Source: Synergistaceae bacterium (GTDB lineage Bacteria > Synergistota > Synergistia > Synergistales > Aminobacteriaceae). Taken from it: DNA of 44,809 nt. The position numbers and the translations under genes are program-made. Shown here in pieces: positions 35,120-44,392 of this stretch (within the stretch, counting starts at the first letter, position 1; every line of letters starts with the position of its first letter). The stretch is from the NCBI GenBank assembly GCA_017450825.1, contig JAFSSV010000044.1:1-44809 (forward strand). Reading direction: 5' to 3'. Below the pieces are notes generated by a model that saw nothing but the letters and a program-made list of their open reading frames with translations, was not told the origin of the DNA and made no database searches.

Positions 35120-37465
35120 TTATACATTGCTTAAAAATTTTCCTTTTTTAATCTTTACTTCCAAGTGTTCGATCTCACCGCCGGAGGCCCTCATAATTTC
35201 TTCTAGAGTTCGGGCGATCTCATCGGCTTCGTCCTCGTGACATTCGCAGACTAAAGAGTCATGAACTTGTAAAAATAATTTTCCAGGGGCTTGCGCCTCA
35301 AAATTAATCATAGCCCGCCGGGCAATATCGGCGGCTGTTCCCTGTATCGGAGAATTTATCAATGCCCTGTCTAATGCTTGGCCGATTGCTGGAATTTCTT
35401 TAACGGGCCTTATCCTTCCGGCAAGAGTCTTTGAATAGCCGCGCTGCTTTGCCTCGCGAATAATTTTCTCTAGGAAATTTTGAATCCCCGGCAAGGCTTC
35501 AAAATATTTTTTCATAATTTCGCCGGCTTCTTTGCGGTCGACTCCGAGGCGTTCAGCGAGTCCGAATGAACTCATGCCGTAGAGCAAACCAAAATTAATC
35601 ATCTTGGCCGCGCGCCGCAGTTCGGGCGTGACGAATTCAGGAGAAGTTCCGAAGACCCATGAGGCCGTTTCAGTATGAATATCTCTTTGATTTTTGAAAG
35701 CTTCAATTAATTTTTCTTCGCCGCTCAAGTGAGCAAGGACTCGCAATTCAATTTGAGAATAATCCGCGGCCACAAAAATTTTTTTCGGGTCAACAGGAAC
35801 TAACCCGGCTTTAATTTTTTCGGCCCATTGTCCATAAGCCGGAATGTTTTGAAGGTTAGGATCTCTGCTGCTCAATCTTCCTGTTCCGGTGAAAGCAGGT
35901 TCAAAAGTTGTATGAATTATCCCGTCATTGTCGGCTGCTTTCTGAAAAGGAATCACGAAGCCCGATAACATTTTCGTAAGCTCACGATGTTCAAGAATAA
36001 GCCCGGGGATTTTTCCGTTCGGCAATTTAGCAAGCTTCTCAAGGACTCCCGCATCTGTTGAAAAAGAAGTCTTGCCCTTGGTCTTTGCTTCGGGTTCAAA
36101 GCCAAGCCTTTCAAACAAGAGCGAAGCTACTTGCTTAGGAGAATTGATATTAATTTTTATTCCGGTGTCGTTAATAATTTTCTGTTCGATATTAAAAATT
36201 TGTTCTTGAAGTTCGTTTTGAGTTACGGAAAATTTTTCGGGATCGAGTCGGACTCCTCTGTCTTCCATTTTATTTAAGACTGGAATTAAAGGGAGGTCGA
36301 TTTGATTCATAACATCGTTAAGATTTTCATGATTTAAAATTTCCCCGTTGAGTTCGCCAGCCATAGCCTCAAGATTCTTTTGAGCGATAAAATCTTGAAA
36401 GCCTTTTTTCATTTTATCGGGGTGGAGCATATAGTAGGCGCTCTTCAAGTCAAAAATTTTTTTATTAATCAGCGCCGGATTTTTTCTAAGCTCGGCTTTG
36501 AGATCTATAACTATCTCGTCACAATCCGGAGCAACTATAACGGGTATGAAGGTGTCTTGAATTTTTAAATGCTCAAGTACTCTTGTAAGGGCCAAGCGGC
36601 TTGCAAGGGCTGTAGCTTTTTCGTTATCGGGTTTAAGGCTAAGGCACTCGTCAATAAAATTTTTCTCGTTGTCAAAGAGATTATCTTTCAACCTTATTAA
36701 ATTGTCGCGAATCCATAGCGCATGTTCCAAACCGCAAGCCTCTAATTTTTTTCTCACGGCTGTTTTTAAATTTTCTATTGACGAAAAAATTTCTTCGAGC
36801 GTTGGATATTGAGCCAATAAATTTTTCGCGGTCTTCTCGCCTATGCCTTCAATGCCGTGAACGTTATCAGCGGTGTCGCCGGTCATAGCTAAGTAGTCAA
36901 TCATTGACGAAGGCATGAAGCCGTATTCGCTTTTAAAATTTTCGATATTATAAATTTCCGGATCTGATACTCCTCGTTGAATAGGCCGGAGCATTTTTAT
37001 TCCGGTGTCTAAGATTTGCAGAAGGTCTTTATCGGACGAGAGAATAATTACTTCATGCCCTTGAGCCTGTGCAAGCTTTGACAGCGATGCGACAACATCA
37101 TCAGCTTCGACTCCGGGGCGTGAAATTATTTTGTGCCCGCTGAAAATTAAAAGCTCCTGCAAAATAGGGAGCTGAATTTTTAACGCCTCGTCTAAAGGTT
37201 TGCGGGTCGCTTTGTAATCCTCCTGAAGTTCGTGACGAAAAGTTTTGCCGCCCGAGTCAAAAATTATAATCGTGAAGTCGGGCCTTAAATCTTTTTGAAC
37301 TTTATAGAGCATGTTCATAAAAATAAAAATCATGCCCGTAGGAGTTCCGTCGGGAGCTGAAAAATTTTTTTTCGTTGCCAGTGAAGCATGGTAAGCGCGG
37401 TGGGCTATGCTGTGCCCGTCGATAATTAAAATTGAAGAGTTATTATTTTTGTTTTTATTTTCCAT
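35120..37465 (-). CDS. polA: DNA polymerase I (5'-nuclease plus family A polymerase; no recognisable 3'-5' exonuclease motifs)
   Basis: 781 aa. The 5'-nuclease N-terminus is ILIIDGHSIAHRAYHA. Motif A is DYSQIELRVLAH and motif B is RRAAKMINFGLLYG. Motif C reads QVHDSL rather than the usual QVHDEL. Confidence 0.92.
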   Translation of the reverse strand: MENKNKNNNSSILIIDGHSIAHRAYHASLATKKNFSAPDGTPTGMIFIFMNMLYKVQKDLRPDFTIIIFDSGGKTFRHELQEDYKATRKPLDEALKIQLPILQELLIFSGHKIISRPGVEADDVVASLSKLAQAQGHEVIILSSDKDLLQILDTGIKMLRPIQRGVSDPEIYNIENFKSEYGFMPSSMIDYLAMTGDTADNVHGIEGIGEKTAKNLLAQYPTLEEIFSSIENLKTAVRKKLEACGLEHALWIRDNLIRLKDNLFDNEKNFIDECLSLKPDNEKATALASRLALTRVLEHLKIQDTFIPVIVAPDCDEIVIDLKAELRKNPALINKKIFDLKSAYYMLHPDKMKKGFQDFIAQKNLEAMAGELNGEILNHENLNDVMNQIDLPLIPVLNKMEDRGVRLDPEKFSVTQNELQEQIFNIEQKIINDTGIKININSPKQVASLLFERLGFEPEAKTKGKTSFSTDAGVLEKLAKLPNGKIPGLILEHRELTKMLSGFVIPFQKAADNDGIIHTTFEPAFTGTGRLSSRDPNLQNIPAYGQWAEKIKAGLVPVDPKKIFVAADYSQIELRVLAHLSGEEKLIEAFKNQRDIHTETASWVFGTSPEFVTPELRRAAKMINFGLLYGMSSFGLAERLGVDRKEAGEIMKKYFEALPGIQNFLEKIIREAKQRGYSKTLAGRIRPVKEIPAIGQALDRALINSPIQGTAADIARRAMINFEAQAPGKLFLQVHDSLVCECHEDEADEIARTLEEIMRASGGEIEHLEVKIKKGKFLSNV

Positions 37466-37478
37466 TTTGTTTTTTGCG

Positions 37479-38813
37479 TTACTTTCCTACACAGAATCGC
37501 CCGAACATGTAATCCAATAATTCATCGCCGGCGTTAGAGCCAAGTACGTTCAAGAGCGTTACTCTTGCGACGCTCAACATATCAGCAGCAACATCGGAGC
37601 CTGTATCATTGAGCAAGGCCCTTTGTGCCTCACGAATTAACGTTAAACTTTCTTTGAGATTTTCAATTTGAGTTATCGAAGCCGTGAGTCCTTCGCCTGA
37701 AGTTTGAGTCTTGATTGCTTTGTTATATATAGCGGCCTTCAAGTCTTCGAGCCCTTGGCCTGTCTTTGCAGAAACAAAAATTTTTTCGAGCGGCGAGTCA
37801 ATCTTTGCTGATAAATTTAAATCGCATTTATTAAAAACTATCAGCGCTTTATCTCCCAATAAATTTATCTCGTGGATTTCTTCGCTGGAAATTTCCTGCG
37901 CCGAGTCAAGAACGAATAAACATAAGTCCCCTTCTTTGAGGGCCTGTCGCGCAAGCTTGACTCCTTCGGCTTCGATAATATTTTCAGTTGAACGCAAGCC
38001 GGCTGTATCTGAAAGCTTGACCGGCAAGCCGTTAATAAAAATTGTGTCGCTGATAATGTCGCGGGTAGTTCCGGGAATTTCTGTGACTATAGCGCGATTT
38101 TTTTCGGTTAGGGCGTTAAGTAAAGAAGACTTGCCAACGTTAGGACGGCCGGCCAAGATTACATTAATTCCTTCATTTAAAATTAATCCGGTCTCACATC
38201 GGGATAAAATTTTTTCAAGCGCGGCGATAATTTTTTTTATCTCTTCTAATGAATCAAAGCCCGCATCAAAAATTTCTCCTTCGGGGAAGTCTAAATTAAT
38301 TTCTATGCTGGCCTGTAAATTTAAAATCTCGTCATGAATTTCTTGAATGCTTCGTGAAAGATCTCCGGTAAGAGTCCTTGCGCTTGCTTTTAAGGCTTCG
38401 AGGCTTCGGGCTTTTATTATGCCGAGGACTCCTTCAGCTTGAGATAAATTAATCCGGCCGTTAGTGAAAGCTCTTCGAGTAAATTCTCCCGGCCCGGCAA
38501 GCGTCGCTCCGTTCTGCAATAAAAGTTCAAGGCATGTACGAGCGACAAAGATTCCTCCGTGAGTATGGATCTCAAAAATTTCTTCGCCCGTATAAGAATG
38601 AGGGGCTTTGAAATTTACGGCTAGGACTCTGTCAAGCGTAACGCCTTGAGGATTTATCAAGCTTGTTAAATATAACTTGCCGACGACGGGAAAATCTTTG
38701 CGCTTTAAAATTTTTGTAGAAATAGAAACGGCGTCAGGCCCGGAGACTCTTACGACAGCGATGCCTCCTTCGCCCAACGCCGTTGAGATAGCTGCTATTG
38801 TGCTTTCAGCCAT
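37479..38813 (-). CDS. mnmE: tRNA uridine-5-carboxymethylaminomethyl modification GTPase MnmE
   Basis: 444 aa. It has the N-terminal TIAAISTALGEGGIAVVRVSG, the G-domain motifs GRPNVGKSS and DTAG, and the C-terminal FCVGK (CxGK) motif. Confidence 0.93.
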   Translation of the reverse strand: MAESTIAAISTALGEGGIAVVRVSGPDAVSISTKILKRKDFPVVGKLYLTSLINPQGVTLDRVLAVNFKAPHSYTGEEIFEIHTHGGIFVARTCLELLLQNGATLAGPGEFTRRAFTNGRINLSQAEGVLGIIKARSLEALKASARTLTGDLSRSIQEIHDEILNLQASIEINLDFPEGEIFDAGFDSLEEIKKIIAALEKILSRCETGLILNEGINVILAGRPNVGKSSLLNALTEKNRAIVTEIPGTTRDIISDTIFINGLPVKLSDTAGLRSTENIIEAEGVKLARQALKEGDLCLFVLDSAQEISSEEIHEINLLGDKALIVFNKCDLNLSAKIDSPLEKIFVSAKTGQGLEDLKAAIYNKAIKTQTSGEGLTASITQIENLKESLTLIREAQRALLNDTGSDVAADMLSVARVTLLNVLGSNAGDELLDYMFGRFCVGK

Positions 38814-40063
38814 TCTTCGGCCTTTGCTCTGCTGTTTACAATGCCAGTGCCTACGGCGAAATCGAGTCCGTCTAAGAGTTCGCCGACTCGCTTGCCCGGT
38901 TTGAGCTGTAACAAGTTCATAATCTCACGGCCGGTCATGTAACGCGGCGCGCCCTCGGTCTGGAGTCGAACGTTAGCGAATCTCCGCAAGACTTGTCTTA
39001 AATTCCAAGTGTTGCTTTCAAAAACATCGCTGTACTGTTCTGTCTTGCCTTGAGCTTCGGCTACACACTTTGCAAATTCAAGCGCTACTTCTACGGCTTC
39101 TTCTGAATGTTCTAAGACTCCTTTACAGAATCGCGGCTCGCTTATAGGCTCATAATATTTTGGGTACATGTGCATTATCGCGATAACTTCTTCAATCGTT
39201 TCGCTGGCGATATTCCAGCGGGTCATGCAGTCGCTGATAAGCCTGTCCGTATATTTCGTACGGTCTTTAGCTTCAATAGAATCAAGCCCAATGTTATTAA
39301 ACAATCCGGCCAAGACGAACGCGTCACTCTGCATAATCTTATTAGTATCGAGTCGTTTCTCAATGACTTCGAGAACTTTCAAAGTATGATCAAAAATCTC
39401 CCTGTGATTTTTCTTCATATCTTCGAGTTCATTTAAAAAGAAAGGAATTATTCTGAACGAGTCACACATTCTCATAAACCTGTATGGCCTTCGTACCAAG
39501 CCTTTCATAAGCTCACGGCCCCAGCGTTCCATAGGAATATCTCTCATGTGGTCGGCATGTTCTTCTAAGAACGAACGAACGTCGCTGGCAGTCTTCCAGA
39601 AAATATCCATTTCAAATTCAGCCGCGAAGCGCAGCATTCTTAGAATTCTTAGCGGGTCGGAGTTAATTAAATCTACGTTGTCGCCGGTGAGTCTTATTAC
39701 TTTGTTACGAATATCAAAGCGCCCGCCGAACGGATCAACTATTCCGCCGTCGCTGCGTAAAGCGATTGCCTCTATGCTTAAATCTCTTTGTGCTAAGTCA
39801 TCTTCGATCGTAGCACCTCTTAAACTAAAGGCCCTGAAGTTTACGCCAAGCAGTTCGCCCCTCAATGCCGGATAGATTCCGCGAGAGTCTACGTCTCCCG
39901 TGCCGAGTGCCATCGCTACGCTGTACATATCATCCGAGTCTATAGCCAGCGTAATAACTTCGGGCTGTACTCCCATCAGGAGCATTCGCACGGTGTCACC
40001 AACAAGCCAGGCCTTTGCGCCTGTCTCCTCGATTTTAGCGAGGACGTCAAGATAGTTGTGCAT
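38795..40063 (-). CDS. tRNA nucleotidyltransferase / poly(A) polymerase family protein with a degenerate catalytic head motif
   Basis: 422 aa. The family neck motif DPLRILRMLRFAAEFEMDI is present. The head motif reads LVGDTVRMLLMGVQPEVITLAID where the family normally has GGxVRDxLLG....DxD. Its stop overlaps the mnmE start by 19 nt. Confidence 0.7.
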   Translation of the reverse strand: MHNYLDVLAKIEETGAKAWLVGDTVRMLLMGVQPEVITLAIDSDDMYSVAMALGTGDVDSRGIYPALRGELLGVNFRAFSLRGATIEDDLAQRDLSIEAIALRSDGGIVDPFGGRFDIRNKVIRLTGDNVDLINSDPLRILRMLRFAAEFEMDIFWKTASDVRSFLEEHADHMRDIPMERWGRELMKGLVRRPYRFMRMCDSFRIIPFFLNELEDMKKNHREIFDHTLKVLEVIEKRLDTNKIMQSDAFVLAGLFNNIGLDSIEAKDRTKYTDRLISDCMTRWNIASETIEEVIAIMHMYPKYYEPISEPRFCKGVLEHSEEAVEVALEFAKCVAEAQGKTEQYSDVFESNTWNLRQVLRRFANVRLQTEGAPRYMTGREIMNLLQLKPGKRVGELLDGLDFAVGTGIVNSRAKAEEWLKAQ

Positions 40064-40083
40064 GATTTTTCCTCCTTGCCAAT

Positions 40084-40689
40084 TTATATTATTAAGGCCT
40101 TAATCGCTTCGGCCATGTTACCCGGGTCAATATAGCTTGTGTTTATGCACAAGTCATAATTATTTTTATCTCCCCATTTCTGTCCGGTATAGAACTCGTA
40201 GTATTCTCTTCGGGCTTTATTGATCTGCTCTATGCGTTTTGTGAGTTCCTTCTCGGTTAGTTCAGCGCCTTTTTCGTAATCTTTGCCGGCATTGTTCTTA
40301 CAGCGTTTAATTTTGCATGACATTTCAGAATAAATAAAAATTCTGAAGGGGTTAAGCTCACGCAAAATATAATCTGCTCCCCGTCCAACGATAACACAGT
40401 CAGACTTCGCCGCAACCTCACGAATAATATTGTGCTGTTCCGCGTGGACGGTCTGTCCGTAATCCGGAACGACTGTCCAAAAGGTTTGCCCGGTATGAAT
40501 CGGAAAGGGAATCAGCGGTTTATGCTCGGCGATATTCTGAACATATTTTTCAGAAAGGGAAGTTCTCTTAGCGATCTCGGAGATTATCTCACGATCATAA
40601 TAAGGGAAGTTTAAAACTTCGGCGAGCTTCCTTCCGAACTCTCGTCCCCCTGAGCCGAACTCCCGGCCTATGGTTATGATTTTGTTCAT
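40084..40689 (-). CDS. Cytidylate-kinase-like family protein
   Basis: 201 aa. The N-terminus IITIGREFGSGGREFGRKLAEVLNFPYYDREII is typical of the cytidylate-kinase-like (PF13189-type) family. Confidence 0.75.
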   Translation of the reverse strand: MNKIITIGREFGSGGREFGRKLAEVLNFPYYDREIISEIAKRTSLSEKYVQNIAEHKPLIPFPIHTGQTFWTVVPDYGQTVHAEQHNIIREVAAKSDCVIVGRGADYILRELNPFRIFIYSEMSCKIKRCKNNAGKDYEKGAELTEKELTKRIEQINKARREYYEFYTGQKWGDKNNYDLCINTSYIDPGNMAEAIKALII

Positions 40690-40893
40690 GAATTTTTTCT
40701 CCTCTTAAAAATTTTTGAAACAAAAATAAAAAATAAAATTAACTTGAGCTTGAAAATCTTAGCATATTTTACGCTCTAGCGTGAGAGAAAAAATGCGTTA
40801 TAATTCTAGACAATATAATTTTTCAGATTTTTTCTCTTTTAAATTTCAATTCAATTTTAAATTTTTTATTTTCAGGAAGGAAGTGCTGTAATC

Positions 40894-41385
40894 TTGTTCT
40901 TTAGAAAATACGGGGACATAGTAACCGGAATTTTCTATGCGGCCCTCGGAGCTGTAACGATTTATTTAGCACAGCAGCTCCCAAAGTCACGCGTCATGAA
41001 AATCGGCCCCGACTTCATGCCTATGGTAATTGGCATACTGATTTTATTTTTGGCCGTCATGCTTTTAATAAGCGCCCTCAAAAATTTCAAGGCTAATGCA
41101 GCTAAGGCGGAGGCAATGCCCGCAGACACTTCAGATTATAAACGAGTGCTGGCTTCGTTGGTGCTCGTTGTGATTTACGTTAATATTCTTGCGCCGGTGG
41201 GCTTTATTCTTTCAACGCTTGGATATTTATTCCTTCAAATCGTGGTGCTTGCTCCGAACGACAGACGAAGCGCGAAAAATATTTTGATCTATGCACTGAT
41301 TGATATTATTTTCGTGTTCGTTGTCTTCTTCCTGTTTAGATACGGTTTCAAAATCGTATTACCGGCTGGAATCTTCAGCTTGTAA
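40894..41385 (+). CDS. tctB: Tripartite tricarboxylate transporter small membrane subunit TctB family
   Basis: 163 aa with 4 TM segments. It lies immediately upstream of tctA. The TTG start follows AGGAAGGAAG. Confidence 0.75.
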   Translation: MFFRKYGDIVTGIFYAALGAVTIYLAQQLPKSRVMKIGPDFMPMVIGILILFLAVMLLISALKNFKANAAKAEAMPADTSDYKRVLASLVLVVIYVNILAPVGFILSTLGYLFLQIVVLAPNDRRSAKNILIYALIDIIFVFVVFFLFRYGFKIVLPAGIFSL

Positions 41386-41412
41386 ATCTTAAAGAAGGAG
41401 GTTAAAAAAATC

Positions 41413-42918
41413 ATGGGAGCTTTAGCACAATTAGGAGCGGCGACGCTTCGAGTCTGTGAGCCGACTTCTTTATTCTTAATGATAGCCGGTGTAGCAATCG
41501 GAATTATTTTTGGATCAATCCCCGGCCTAAGCGCCTCAATGGCTGTTGCCTTGATGCTGCCTCTTACGTTCTCAATGGGGTCTTCGCTTGGAATGAATGT
41601 ACTTGTAGCAGTTTATATCGGCGGAATTTCGGGCGGTCTTATCTCTGCAATTTTATTGAACATGCCCGGCACAGCCTCTTCAATCGCTACGACCTTCGAC
41701 GGCTATCCAATGGCCCAGAAAGGCGAAGCCATGAAAGCCCTTGGAGTCGGCATAGTCTTCTCATTCTTAGGATCTATCTTCTCATTTATAATCTTGACTT
41801 TCTTTGCGCCTATGTTGGCGGATATAGCTTTGCAGTTCGCTGCGCCCGACAACTTCGGAATTTGCTTCTTCGCTTTAACAATGGTTGCTGTATTATCCTC
41901 CGGAAATATGGTCAAGGGACTCTTGGCCGGAATGTTAGGACTTCTATTCGCGCTTGTCGGACTTGCTCCGATTGACGGTACAGCAAGATTTACTTTTGGA
42001 ATTCCTGAAATGCGCGGAGGCTTTAACACACTTACAACTTTGATAGGAATTTTCGCTGTCGCTGATATTCTAGTGAGCGCTGAAACTATTGGACAGGGAA
42101 TTAAGGCAGTCCCGGTTAAAAAAGTTTGGGGCTTCGGCTTCAGCCTTGCAGAATTCTTTAAATGGATTCCCGGAGCTATCCGCGCCGCGTTAATTGGAAC
42201 GGGCATTGGAATTTTGCCGGGCATTGGCGGTTCAACTTCGGGAATGTTATCTTACGTTACGGCGAAGAACATGTCCAAGCACCCGGAAACTTTTGGACAG
42301 GGCGAGCCTGAAGGAATCGTAGCGACTGAATGCGCGAACAACGCGACAATCGGCGGAGCTTTGATCCCGTTGTTAGTTTTGGGAATCCCCGGCGACGGAG
42401 TCACGGCTATGATGCTCGGAGGATTTTTAATTCACGGACTTAGCGCGGGGCCGTTGCTCTTCGTTAAGAATGCCGATGTAGTTTACGGAATTTTTGCGGC
42501 CTGCATGGTCTGCGCTTTGATAATGCTGATAGTCGAATGGACTTGTATAAAAGCCTTCGTTCAGGTCTTGAAAGTTCCGAAGCATGTATTATTGCCTTTG
42601 ATACTTGTACTCTGTGCCGTAGGAGCTTACGCGACTAACAACAGAATTTTTGATGTGCAGTCAATCGTAGTCTTCGGGGTAATTGGCTATCTATATCATA
42701 AATTTAAATTACCGACGACACCGTTTGTTTTGTGCTTCTTAATCGGAAGAATGACCGAAGAATATTTGCGCCGCGGCCTTATGAGATTCAAGACCTTCGG
42801 AGCATTTTTCAGCCGACCGATTTTCACGGGCTTCTTTGCGATTGCTGTTTGTGTAATTTTATGGGCAATGTACAAAGAATTTAAAGCCGCCCGCGCCGAG
42901 AAGAAAGCAGCAGCATGA
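41413..42918 (+). CDS. tctA: Tripartite tricarboxylate transporter large permease TctA family
   Basis: 501 aa, polytopic. TctA-like segments are GSIPGLSASMAVALMLPLTF and GILPGIGGSTSGMLSY. Confidence 0.88.
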   Translation: MGALAQLGAATLRVCEPTSLFLMIAGVAIGIIFGSIPGLSASMAVALMLPLTFSMGSSLGMNVLVAVYIGGISGGLISAILLNMPGTASSIATTFDGYPMAQKGEAMKALGVGIVFSFLGSIFSFIILTFFAPMLADIALQFAAPDNFGICFFALTMVAVLSSGNMVKGLLAGMLGLLFALVGLAPIDGTARFTFGIPEMRGGFNTLTTLIGIFAVADILVSAETIGQGIKAVPVKKVWGFGFSLAEFFKWIPGAIRAALIGTGIGILPGIGGSTSGMLSYVTAKNMSKHPETFGQGEPEGIVATECANNATIGGALIPLLVLGIPGDGVTAMMLGGFLIHGLSAGPLLFVKNADVVYGIFAACMVCALIMLIVEWTCIKAFVQVLKVPKHVLLPLILVLCAVGAYATNNRIFDVQSIVVFGVIGYLYHKFKLPTTPFVLCFLIGRMTEEYLRRGLMRFKTFGAFFSRPIFTGFFAIAVCVILWAMYKEFKAARAEKKAAA

Positions 42919-43307
42919 AACATAAAGTTAAACTCACTGTAATAGACAAAAAACTTTTTCCAGAACTTAAGGAAAAGTTTTGCGCCGTTCCTGACTCTGG
43001 CCCTTGCCCTTGCTATAACGTTGGAGATGAATTTATTTTTGAACGCGACGGCGACAAAGATCACTTCTGGCACATGGGGCTTGACACACTTGTTAAGACT
43101 CAAGCTGATCCTGACACAGTAGCGGGAGGCCCTAAGCTCCCGCATTGTTCAGAGGCATGGGACGCTTTTTCGCGTTATATTTACACGGGTTTACAGGGCG
43201 GTTCTATCATGAAGGGCTGGATGAAAGACGAGAACGTTATGATTACATGCTGCTCTGATGGAACACGTCCCGTAATTTTTAAGATCGAAAGAATTGATTA
43301 TGAGTAA
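42915..43307 (+). CDS. TIGR04076-family Cys-rich protein
   Basis: 130 aa. The pattern KVKLTVIDKK......C...DSGPCPCYNVGDEFIF....C.EAW.......GLQGG......W......ITCCSDGTRPVIFKIERI matches what I recall of TIGR04076. Its ATG overlaps the tctA stop (ATGA). Confidence 0.7.
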   Translation: MKHKVKLTVIDKKLFPELKEKFCAVPDSGPCPCYNVGDEFIFERDGDKDHFWHMGLDTLVKTQADPDTVAGGPKLPHCSEAWDAFSRYIYTGLQGGSIMKGWMKDENVMITCCSDGTRPVIFKIERIDYE

Positions 43308-44355
43308 GTCTTTTAAAATTTTAACCGGCATGATTTTATTTGCAAGCTTGCTCGTGCCAGGAGCAGCTTTTGCTGAAGTGCCGGATTATTCACTAGCCTC
43401 GAACTGGCTTGACGGATTCCCGGCGATTAATGCCAGCGTTGACACAATTTTTTTTAGTACGACCGGAGCAGAAGATACCAAGCTTCCAGATATAGTTTCG
43501 TATGACAATGAGTCTATGAGAAAGGGCGTAGCGCTTTATACTTTTAATAATGCTTCACCGTTTCTGAAGACCACGAATTGTTTTATTCCGTTCTATAGCC
43601 AGAGTCATTTAAGAAATTTTGTTGAGAAGACACCGGCCGAAATGGAAGAATTTGAAAAAGGCCGCCAGTTTCAAGACGCTTGTGCCGCGCTGGATTATTA
43701 TTTTGAAAATCTCAACGGAGGAAGACCTTTTATTCTTGCGGGACATTCTCAAGGCTCGCTGCTTTCAAAAATAATTTTAAGTGATTACATGAAGCTTCAC
43801 CCGGAATATTATTCGCGTATGGTAGCCGCGTATGTCGTAGGCTATTCAGTCACTAAGGAAGACTTGAAAAAGAATCCTCATTGGAAATTTGCGGCCGGCT
43901 CAGGGGATACAGGCGTAGTAATTTCTTGGAACACCGAAGGCCCAGCAAACAAAAACGCAAAAAATCTTGTTGTCCTTGACGGAGCAATAAGCATTAACCC
44001 TATGAACTGGAAACGTGACGAAACACCGGCACCGGCCAGCGAAAATCTTGGAAGCTTCGCTAAGATCTCCAGCGGCTTGATGTATTCTCCAGACGAAAAA
44101 TTTACCAAAGAAAACTTGCTCTATCCCAGCCCGATTGAAGCTCAGCTCGATACGGAACGCGGAGTTGTGGTCTGCCGGGCGGGCGACATTAAACTTATGC
44201 CGACGTTCGCGGCTGCGTTCGGGCCTGAAGGTTATCACGCTGATGATTACGCCTACTTCTTCGGAAACATCTGCGAGAATATCAAGCTTAGGACTCAAAA
44301 CTGGTACAAATTAAACAAGGGAATTAATCCGCAGGAAATAATTTTTGCGGATTAA
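43294..44355 (+). CDS. Secreted alpha/beta-hydrolase, DUF3089-like
   Basis: 353 aa. It has the signal peptide MIMSKSFKILTGMILFASLLVPGAAFA and the nucleophile elbow AGHSQGS. It overlaps the upstream gene by 14 nt. Confidence 0.6.
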   Translation: MIMSKSFKILTGMILFASLLVPGAAFAEVPDYSLASNWLDGFPAINASVDTIFFSTTGAEDTKLPDIVSYDNESMRKGVALYTFNNASPFLKTTNCFIPFYSQSHLRNFVEKTPAEMEEFEKGRQFQDACAALDYYFENLNGGRPFILAGHSQGSLLSKIILSDYMKLHPEYYSRMVAAYVVGYSVTKEDLKKNPHWKFAAGSGDTGVVISWNTEGPANKNAKNLVVLDGAISINPMNWKRDETPAPASENLGSFAKISSGLMYSPDEKFTKENLLYPSPIEAQLDTERGVVVCRAGDIKLMPTFAAAFGPEGYHADDYAYFFGNICENIKLRTQNWYKLNKGINPQEIIFAD

Positions 44356-44392
44356 AAAATAAAAAAATTTCAAAGGAGTTGTAATTCTTATC

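Noticed and set aside
37711-38337. A 208-aa plus-strand ORF. Similar long antisense ORFs occur at 41703..42224, 11539..12003, 3804..4274, 10000..10290 and 39546..39875.
   Set aside because: All are fully embedded antisense to strongly supported genes (mnmE, tctA, the RND pump, pbpC, the CCA-like gene). They have low-complexity Ser/Pro/Ile-rich compositions typical of shadow ORFs.
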